This document shows, in pieces, positions 1 through 6,004 of a DNA stretch of 12,996 bases. The stretch's first letter is position 1. Each line of letters begins with the position of its first letter. Location: assembly GCA_964014485.1 (NCBI GenBank), contig CAXHAT010000211.1, positions 1-12,996 on the forward strand, given 5' to 3'. The notes beneath the pieces are model-generated. The model had not been told where the DNA came from. It searched no databases and saw only the letters and a program-made list of their open reading frames with translations. The position numbers and the translations under genes are program-made. This DNA is from an uncultured Deferribacteres bacterium (GTDB taxonomy: Bacteria; Zhuqueibacterota; Zhuqueibacteria; Zhuqueibacterales; Geothermadaptataceae).

Positions 1-83
1 AACGCCTTCGGCGTAAGCTTTTAAGCGTTTCACCCACACAAAACGACATAGAGCCAATATTTTTCTACGATCGCTTACGAAAA

Positions 84-1073
84 TCAAGCATAACTTTTGA
101 TCGCGCGCATGTAGTTGGCGCGTTCGAAAGCGGCGGGTTCGGCGCAACGACGCTGGCTCATGACGCCTTGCATCTGCTGCACCGATTCGTAGTCATTTTT
201 TTCCATCCACAGCCGCATGTCTTCCAAAACTTTGGCTATGTGCGAAACGCCGTTCTTAAGCAGCGCCGAGGTCATCATCGTCACATTCGCGCCCGCCATC
301 AGCATTTTCAAAACGTCTTCAGCGCTGTGAACGCCGCCGGTTGCGGCAAGATCGGCTTCGATTTGACCGTAGAGAATCGAGATCCAGTGCAGCGGCAAAC
401 GCATGGCCTGCGGTGTGCTCAGCAAAACATTTGGCACAACTTGGAGCTTTTCCAAATCCATGTCCGGCTGGTAAAAGCGATTGAACAGCACCAACGCATC
501 CGCGCCAGCCGCCGATAAACGCTTGGCCATCCACGTCATCGCACTGAAAAATGGGCCGATTTTAAGAGCAACCGGAAAATTGACGGCCCCTTTCACCGCC
601 GCCAGCGTATCGAGATACATTTGCTCGATTTCGTTCGAGTTAGTGTCGGGGTCTGTGGCGAGATAGTAAATATTTAACTCTAGAGCGTCCGCGCCCGCTT
701 CTTCGATCATTTTCGCGTACCTGATCCATCCGCCCTTCGAAACGCCGTTCAAGCTGCCGATCACCGGAATATCCGTCGCGTCCTTCAGCTTACGAATATG
801 CTCAAGATATCTTTCCGGCCCGGTCATGTAGCGTTCATGAATCGGGAAGTAAGTCAATGCTTCGGCAAAAGTGTCCTTGCCATGCACGAGAAAATGATCG
901 AGTTCTTCCGCTTTGTGAATCATTTGCTCTTCGAAAATCGACTCCATCACCACCGCCGCGACTCCGAAGTCTTCCATTTCGCGTACGATTTTGAGCTCAC
1001 GTGAAAGCGGTGAGGCGGAGCAAACAATCGGGTTTTTCAGCGTCATGCCCAGGTATTTAGTTGTTAAGTCCAT
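84..1073 (-). CDS. Dihydroorotate dehydrogenase-like FMN flavoprotein (DHOD-like subfamily often encoded near PFOR/nifJ)
   Basis: 329-aa ORF. N-terminal MDLTTKYLGMTLKNPIVCSASPL, SIFEEQ, IPVIGSLNG, GADALELN, PVALK, LVLFNRFYQPD, LAATGGVH and C-terminal FERANY match the DHOD-like family. The canonical ELNxSCPN catalytic loop is replaced by ELNIYYL, so it is not called pyrD. Confidence 0.88.
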   Translation of the reverse strand: MDLTTKYLGMTLKNPIVCSASPLSRELKIVREMEDFGVAAVVMESIFEEQMIHKAEELDHFLVHGKDTFAEALTYFPIHERYMTGPERYLEHIRKLKDATDIPVIGSLNGVSKGGWIRYAKMIEEAGADALELNIYYLATDPDTNSNEIEQMYLDTLAAVKGAVNFPVALKIGPFFSAMTWMAKRLSAAGADALVLFNRFYQPDMDLEKLQVVPNVLLSTPQAMRLPLHWISILYGQIEADLAATGGVHSAEDVLKMLMAGANVTMMTSALLKNGVSHIAKVLEDMRLWMEKNDYESVQQMQGVMSQRRCAEPAAFERANYMRAIKSYA

Positions 1074-1160
1074 TTTTCACTCTTTCACTGTTTTTGGTTT
1101 TGGATTGACTGACTCCTATTTCTCAAAGTTCCGTGACTGCAGATCGCGCGTCGCCCGGCC

Positions 1161-1874
1161 TCAGGACATTTCATTGGCGTCCACGGCAAAATGCGCCTCG
1201 AGGTCTCGCAAAGTATTCTCTCCGGTTTCTATATCTCGGATTATGCAGCCTTTTTCCAGAATTGCAATCCGGTCGCAAACTTCCGTCACGTGATTCAAAT
1301 CGTGGCTTGAAATCAGCATGGTCATTTCTCGTTCAGCGTGCAGTTTTTTCAGGAGATTTTTGAGTCGGATGACGGAAGTCGGGTCGAGATGCGGAAAAGG
1401 TTCGTCCAGGACAAGCACGTCGGGGTTCGCCGCCAGCGCCGCCGCAATGCCGACTTTCTTCTGATTTCCCTTCGACAGCTCCCGGATGTACTTGTTTTTC
1501 CCGATGATTTCACCATTAAAAAACTCTTTAAAAACGCCCAAAGCGACATACGATTTTTCCTTTGAAAATCCGTGCAGGCTCCCTAAAAATTCAAAGTATT
1601 CTTCAGGCGTCAGAAAGTCGATCAGAAAGTGTTCGTCCAAATATGAGCCTGTGTAGCTCTTCCAATGCTCGCTTTGTTTAACGTTCACGCCGTTCGAGCT
1701 AACCAGACCGTCATCCGCCTGGATCAAATCCAAGATGAGGCGGAAGAACGTCGTTTTTCCCGCGCCGTTGTTGCCGACCAGCCCAAAACATTCTCCTTCT
1801 GCAATCGACAATTCCGGGAGGTCTAAAACTGTGACGCCGTCATAGATTTTCTTGAGATTTTTTGCTTCAATCAT
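1161..1874 (-). CDS. ABC transporter ATP-binding protein (export type)
   Basis: Walker A GNNGAGKTT, signature-like LSKGNQKK, Walker B VLVLDEP, H-loop ISSHD. Start is ATG at 1874 or GTG at 1880. Confidence 0.95.
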   Translation of the reverse strand: MIEAKNLKKIYDGVTVLDLPELSIAEGECFGLVGNNGAGKTTFFRLILDLIQADDGLVSSNGVNVKQSEHWKSYTGSYLDEHFLIDFLTPEEYFEFLGSLHGFSKEKSYVALGVFKEFFNGEIIGKNKYIRELSKGNQKKVGIAAALAANPDVLVLDEPFPHLDPTSVIRLKNLLKKLHAEREMTMLISSHDLNHVTEVCDRIAILEKGCIIRDIETGENTLRDLEAHFAVDANEMS

Positions 1875-1896
1875 AGCCACGCCTTTTGCTCAATTT

Positions 1897-2100
1897 TTAT
1901 TAAATGATGTTACGCACGTCGCAAACATAAGGAGTGCAAAGCTTGCTTTGCCTTTCACTCGCCGCCGACAAGAAAAGCGGCGAATTCAGACTTCTTGGCG
2001 CAGAAGTTCGAAAATATCCGCAACTGAATAGCAAGGCAAGCCTTGCACTCCATTTTCTGTACGATCCGCGTAACATCAGTTATTAAATGATGTTACGCGC
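1897..2100. mobile_element. Miniature inverted-repeat element (1904-2079) flanked by TTATTAA direct repeats, followed by a second copy of the left end
   Basis: TGATGTTACGC (1905-1915) and GCGTAACATCA (2068-2078) form a perfect 11-bp inverted repeat. TTATTAA lies at 1897-1903 and 2080-2086. TTATTAAATGATGTTACGC occurs at both 1897-1915 and 2080-2098. Confidence 0.6.
1931..2051. repeat. Inverted pair of 21-bp REP-like palindromes
   Basis: GGAGTGCAAAGCTTGCTTTGC (1931-1951) and GCAAGGCAAGCCTTGCACTCC (2031-2051) are 19/21 reverse complements, and each is an internal hairpin. Confidence 0.75.
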
Positions 2101-2253
2101 TGCCCGAAACAGAATGTGCCACTTTGTTTCTCCCTAATTGAGAACCACAGTTGAAATTGAGACAGCCCAAACACCGAAACGCTTGTTTCGGTCATTCCCA
2201 CACAGGCGGGAATCCAGGGAGTTGGCGCCATTTTCTGGATTCCCGCCTGCGCG

Positions 2254-2532
2254 CACGCGCGATAAAAAGAATGTGGATAACTTGCACCTTGTCCCAGAGG
2301 GACATTCGAAAATAGCCAGCCAATTCATTGGCTGGACTGAAGTTACGCCTGATTTCCATAAAGTCCCGCAAGGGACGGTTGAAGTTCGGCGCCGTGTAAA
2401 AATCTCAGTCGTCCCTGCCGGGACTTCACTCGAAACACGGCTGATTTTGCCCCGCCAATGAATTGGCGGGCTAGTTTCAGTCGTCCCGCTGGGACTGATT
2501 TGAGTTATCCACATTCTTTATTATCGCGCGTG
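2254..2532. mobile_element. 279-bp non-autonomous MITE with 29/30-bp TIRs and a 10-bp target-site duplication
   Basis: Left TIR CACGCGCGATAAAAAGAATGTGGATAACT (2254-2282) and right TIR AGTTATCCACATTCTTTATTATCGCGCGTG (2503-2532) differ by a single 1-nt indel. The direct repeat CGCCTGCGCG flanks them at 2244-2253 and 2533-2542. No transposase is encoded inside. Confidence 0.88.
2291..2495. repeat. REPIN-like array of six hairpins inside the MITE
   Basis: GTCCC-N3/4-GGGAC at 2291-2303, 2363-2376, 2411-2424 and 2483-2495. CCAGCCAAT-TC-ATTGGCTGG at 2316-2335 and CCCGCCAAT-GA-ATTGGCGGG at 2451-2470. The order is mirror-symmetric. Confidence 0.8.
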
Positions 2533-2606
2533 CGCCTGCGCGGGAATGACGTAAAGGCAACGCTTTTATTTAATCGCTACGTTATCAAGCGGGCGCGAAA
2601 CACCAG

Positions 2607-4082
2607 TTAGGAGGCTTCTCTGAATCCGGCGGCGATTTTATATTTTTGTCTGAGAAACATCGAGACGGTCAGATTGAGAAGCGGCCTGGCAAGCAACAAT
2701 CCAATCAGTCCGATAACGCCTATCGCCAGCACGCCTGCGTACGGTTGATTATTAAGTTTGAACGGCAGATAAATCAGAATTGGAATAATGATCAACAACA
2801 GAACCATGAAAAATTGCTTCGAATCCTTACCCTGCATGCTGAAAGTGCTCACGTCCAGATCAATTTTTTGTCGATTCAAAGTTGCCTTCATCAAGAGAAA
2901 AAACGAATTGACGCCGAGGTTAAAAAGCAGGACGGCGGTGTTCAGGTACAAGATATCCAGCCCAAAGTAAGCGAAGGGCGTCAAAAGCAAATAAAGCAGA
3001 AGGCATGAGACAATCATGATGACAAGCTTTGCTTTGAAGTACAAATACGGATTTATCCGCCTGGTGATGATCGTGTCAAAATACCCGCTCTCCCAGGAAA
3101 GAATAAACTGACCGTAGGTGATCATAAACATGCCAGTGAAAAACACGCTCATATAGATGAGCATAAACTCATATTTTCTATACTCTTCCATCCCAAAAAA
3201 CATAAATCCCAAGAGCAGAATGGTCGGGCTGAGATAGAGCGTCGATTTGAGTCGTTTGTTGCGCAAAATGAGCTTCAACTCCAGCGAAATCAGTTCACCG
3301 AGACCTCCGAATCTGTCAAGAAACGTCATTTGCTCGCCAACGTCGCCGCGCGTTTTTTCTCTGACGCCCAAATCATCAAGGTAAGTGTGCGCTTTTAGAA
3401 ATCTGAAGTTCAAGCCGTACAGACACGCCAAAAGAACTAGAGGCCCCAGCAGCAAAATCTTGTTTTGAAGCACGCTGCCGAAGATCGTCGTCGAAAGTTC
3501 GGAAAGTGAAAAAATGGCGAACTGGTCAAGCAAAAAAATCACGACGAGAACCGCCAGGAAGGCAAAATGCGTTTTGGGGTGAACAAAGTTTTGTCTTTTG
3601 ATATAAATCGCCAAATAGCTGTTACAAAGCAGCATAATAAAAATGGTCGCCAGCCAAATCGCCGCGCCGCCCTGCGAATCAGCGGCGATGATTTTAACTG
3701 CGAAAGGTGCGGCCACGAGCAAGGGCAGGAAATTGAACAAGCTCCAGAGTGATTTTGACAGCAGAAAGTGCGTCACCGTCGACGACTTCACCTTGAGATG
3801 CAGGTATGGCCGGATAGAAAGGCCAGGGACTTTTTGCAGCATGAGCCGCATCAAAAGATCAACGCCGAAATAGTAGAGCAGGAAGCTATTGAACAAGACG
3901 GTTGGGCCGGATTCCGAAGCGCGCGCCGCGAGAAGCCTGTCAAGGTAGAGGCCGATTGCGAGAAGGTTCAGCGCCACCAGGAAAATGAGCAGTCCGAGAA
4001 AAATATTGGCAACGATTCTACGCTGCCAGACAGATGATCGAAAAAATTGCTTCCATTGATGGACGACAAGCCATTTTATCAT
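2607..4082 (-). CDS. Polytopic membrane protein, probable ABC exporter permease (DUF5687-like)
   Basis: 491-aa ORF with many hydrophobic segments in two blocks. Motifs HQWKQFFRS, IRPYLHL, LELKLILRNKR and YGQFILSWES resemble DUF5687 proteins as recalled. It is co-oriented upstream of an ABC ATPase. Confidence 0.75.
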   Translation of the reverse strand: MIKWLVVHQWKQFFRSSVWQRRIVANIFLGLLIFLVALNLLAIGLYLDRLLAARASESGPTVLFNSFLLYYFGVDLLMRLMLQKVPGLSIRPYLHLKVKSSTVTHFLLSKSLWSLFNFLPLLVAAPFAVKIIAADSQGGAAIWLATIFIMLLCNSYLAIYIKRQNFVHPKTHFAFLAVLVVIFLLDQFAIFSLSELSTTIFGSVLQNKILLLGPLVLLACLYGLNFRFLKAHTYLDDLGVREKTRGDVGEQMTFLDRFGGLGELISLELKLILRNKRLKSTLYLSPTILLLGFMFFGMEEYRKYEFMLIYMSVFFTGMFMITYGQFILSWESGYFDTIITRRINPYLYFKAKLVIMIVSCLLLYLLLTPFAYFGLDILYLNTAVLLFNLGVNSFFLLMKATLNRQKIDLDVSTFSMQGKDSKQFFMVLLLIIIPILIYLPFKLNNQPYAGVLAIGVIGLIGLLLARPLLNLTVSMFLRQKYKIAAGFREAS

Positions 4083-4398
4083 TTTTATTGCTCGCTTATT
4101 TTTGCAGGCGCGGGCTGTACGCTAGCGCAATGGGCGCCAGGTCTTTTTCGGCGTAATTTTACTGCCGGCCGCAAGTTTCACCACAGCGCCAAAGGCGTCG
4201 TTTTCGATATTTGCTCGTCGGTATTAGAGCAGGCTTCAGGTCCAGCAGCAAAATATTGACTTCATTACCAAACGCAAAACGTGTTCCAGAGCGCCAAAAC
4301 CGACGCCGTAGTTGCTGACGATGATCCAGCCGCTTTTTTCACCAGTACGACTTTTGCATCCCGACGGCGGTCTTTTATAGTCTTTCCCAGAATTGAGA

Positions 4399-4423
4399 AT
4401 ATTGCAATCCCTATTTGCAATAT
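4399..4423. promoter_or_regulatory. Candidate transcription-factor operator (perfect 9-7-9 inverted repeat)
   Basis: ATATTGCAA-TCCCTAT-TTGCAATAT in the AT-rich part of the divergent intergenic region, about 195 bp upstream of rnfB. Confidence 0.5.
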
Positions 4424-4617
4424 CTGCGAAGAATAGTCGTCTTCGTCCATACTGATATTTCATATTATGATCTGCTTTACTACACTTTCCATAGCTTGGT
4501 CTGGATGGCCCGGTGATTGCATTCCGCAGGTCAATTGTCGCTTTTTGGTGATACGCCAGGCGCTTTGAGCACGGACGCAAGGAACCGAATTAATCAGGTA
4601 AAACTTGGACGGATAGC

Positions 4618-5490
4618 ATGTCGTTAATTCTGACCGCGATCGCGACAATGGCCGGCATTACGCTCGCGCTGGCCAGTCTGCTGGTGCTGGCGAATCGAAA
4701 GCTTTATGTTTATGAAGACCCTCGCATCGATGTTGTCGAAGACATGCTTCCCCATGCAAATTGCGGCGCGTGCGGATTCCCCGGATGCCGGCCTTTCGCC
4801 GAAGCCTTGGTGGGAGGAAAAACAGAACCTGCCAAGTGTACAGTCAGTTCGGAGGAAGGCCGCGTTGCCATTGCCAATTACCTGGGCGTGGACGCGGGCT
4901 CGCAGGAAAAAATCGTTGCGAGACTGGCGTGTGCGGGCGGCGTCAACGTCGCGCGGATGCAAGCGAGATATCAGGGCATGGAGTCCTGCCGGGCGGCGGC
5001 GCTTGTTTCCGGCGGCGGCAAGGGATGCTCTTGGGGCTGTCTCGGCTTTGGCGATTGCGAAGTGGTGTGCGATTTTGACGCGATTTCGATGACTCCGTGG
5101 TCGCTGCCGGTGGTGGACGAAGCCAAATGCACGGCCTGCGGCGATTGCGTGGACATTTGCCCGAAAGACCTGTTTTCACTGCATCCGGACAGCCGCCGTC
5201 TTTGGGTCGCATGCAAAAGTGAAGAGGCCGGTGACGAGATTCTCGAAGAATGTGAAGTGGCCTGCACTGCCTGCGCCCGCTGCGCGATGGACGCCCCAAA
5301 CGGCCTGATAGCCATGCAAAACAACCTGCCGGTCGTCGATTATTCAAAAAATCATACATCCCAAGTTCCGATTCAGCGCTGCCCGACAGGTGCGATTGTG
5401 TGGCTGGAACAAAACGGAGAGATTATCAAGGGTAAAGAAAGCAAGAAAATTGTTAGGCGGAGTGCCAGGCCCGTGGCGTCGACGCTTTGA
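4618..5490 (+). CDS. rnfB: Rnf electron transport complex subunit B (membrane-anchored polyferredoxin)
   Basis: N-terminal hydrophobic anchor followed by VYEDPRID. FeS domain LPHANCGACGFPGC...C, then GCSWGCLGFGDCEVVCDFDAI and CTACGDCVDICP. rnfC lies nearby on the same strand. Confidence 0.93.
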   Translation: MSLILTAIATMAGITLALASLLVLANRKLYVYEDPRIDVVEDMLPHANCGACGFPGCRPFAEALVGGKTEPAKCTVSSEEGRVAIANYLGVDAGSQEKIVARLACAGGVNVARMQARYQGMESCRAAALVSGGGKGCSWGCLGFGDCEVVCDFDAISMTPWSLPVVDEAKCTACGDCVDICPKDLFSLHPDSRRLWVACKSEEAGDEILEECEVACTACARCAMDAPNGLIAMQNNLPVVDYSKNHTSQVPIQRCPTGAIVWLEQNGEIIKGKESKKIVRRSARPVASTL

Positions 5491-5514
5491 CTTTATCGGT
5501 CTCCATAATATTAT
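5487..5514 (+). promoter_or_regulatory. Possible sigma70-type promoter overlapping the rnfB stop codon
   Basis: TTGACT (5487-5492), a 16-bp spacer, then TATTAT (5509-5514). Each hexamer is a 5/6 match to consensus. Confidence 0.3.
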
Positions 5515-5531
5515 TAACTGGTGTTACGCGC
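5511..5531 (+). repeat. Solo copy of the TTATTAA + (A/C)TG(A/G)TGTTACGC element end
   Basis: TTATTAACTGGTGTTACGCGC matches TTATTAAATGATGTTACGCGC at 2080-2100 at 19/21 positions. Confidence 0.6.
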
Positions 5532-5567
5532 AGCAAAGCATTTCCGAGACTCAAACGCAAACAGCGG

Positions 5568-5691
5568 CTCGTTCCCAAACTCCAGTTTGGGAATAGAAAT
5601 GGGCTCGAAACTCCGGTTTCGAATCAAAGAACTCACTCGAAACTGGAGTTTCGAGTGCAATTGCGTTCCCAATCCGGAGATTGGGAACGAG
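5568..5691. repeat. 124-bp four-hairpin REPIN-like element
   Basis: Termini CTCGTTCCCAA ... TTGGGAACGAG are a perfect 11-bp inverted repeat. Hairpins lie at 5572-5593, 5605-5622, 5634-5657 and 5664-5689, with loops TCCA, TCCG, TGGA and CGGA. Confidence 0.85.
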
Positions 5692-6004
5692 AATAAAGGG
5701 GAAATCCAGACGCTTCGCGCCTTTGGTTGACGCTTATGCGTGCAGGCAGGAGCGAGTATGACATTTTTCGTAGTTGAGTATAAATTGGCGGTTTATGAGT
5801 ACAGGTTAGAATAACCCCAAATAATGGATAAGCCTTTGGTTTCTCTGAATTTCTCAAATTCGCATAAATTTTCACCAGCACGACGAGTAAACCTGATTTT
5901 GCTTGTTCAGATCATTGCATTTGCGTTTTCTTTGAAGTGAGAAGTTCGCTTACCCGTTAATTTGAGAAGATTCATATTTCGGAAATTTCACGTTTTAACC
6001 AGGG

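Larger units (their letters stand above)
2191..2550. repeat. Inverted REP doublet of the GTCATTCCC-N8-GGGAATCCA type (CGTC-tagged/dRS3-like), with the second copy split by an insertion
   Basis: Copy 1 is GTCATTCCCACACAGGCGGGAATCCAG (2191-2217). Copy 2 is CTGGATTCCCGCCTGCGCG (2235-2253) ... CGCCTGCGCGGGAATGAC (2533-2550). Confidence 0.85.

Noticed and set aside
84..1073. Calling this gene pyrD
   Set aside because: The catalytic SCPN loop is absent and there are no pyr genes or pyrK in the window.
2272..2513. Replication origin suggested by the DnaA boxes
   Set aside because: Only two boxes are present, both explained by the TIRs. There is no box cluster, no evident unwinding element, and no dnaA or rep gene nearby.
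2134..2514. ORFs 2138..2461 (+) and 2134..2514 (-)
   Set aside because: They lie almost entirely across REP/MITE palindromes and have no recognisable protein motifs, so they are most likely chance open frames.
1897..2550. CRISPR array
   Set aside because: The repeats are inverted, heterogeneous and irregularly spaced. There are no constant direct repeats with unique spacers and no cas genes.
4186..4298. Short direct repeat AGCGCCAAA at about 4186 and 4290
   Set aside because: Only 9 bp with no further structure, which is compatible with chance.
4047..4648. Short ORFs in the divergent intergenic region (4047..4259 +, 4236..4580 -, 4265..4450 -, 4460..4648 -)
   Set aside because: No recognisable domains, and they overlap each other or real genes. 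A small peptide or gene remnant cannot be fully excluded.
5487..5881. ORFs 5487..5696, 5521..5730 and 5633..5881
   Set aside because: They are translations of the palindromic repeat and its AT-rich flank, with no protein features.
5785..5980. Promoter TTGGCG-N16-TAGAAT and a Rex-like TTGAGAAGATTCATA upstream of PFOR
   Set aside because: The -35 match is weak and the Rex arm spacing is wrong. Neither can be distinguished from chance in AT-rich DNA.
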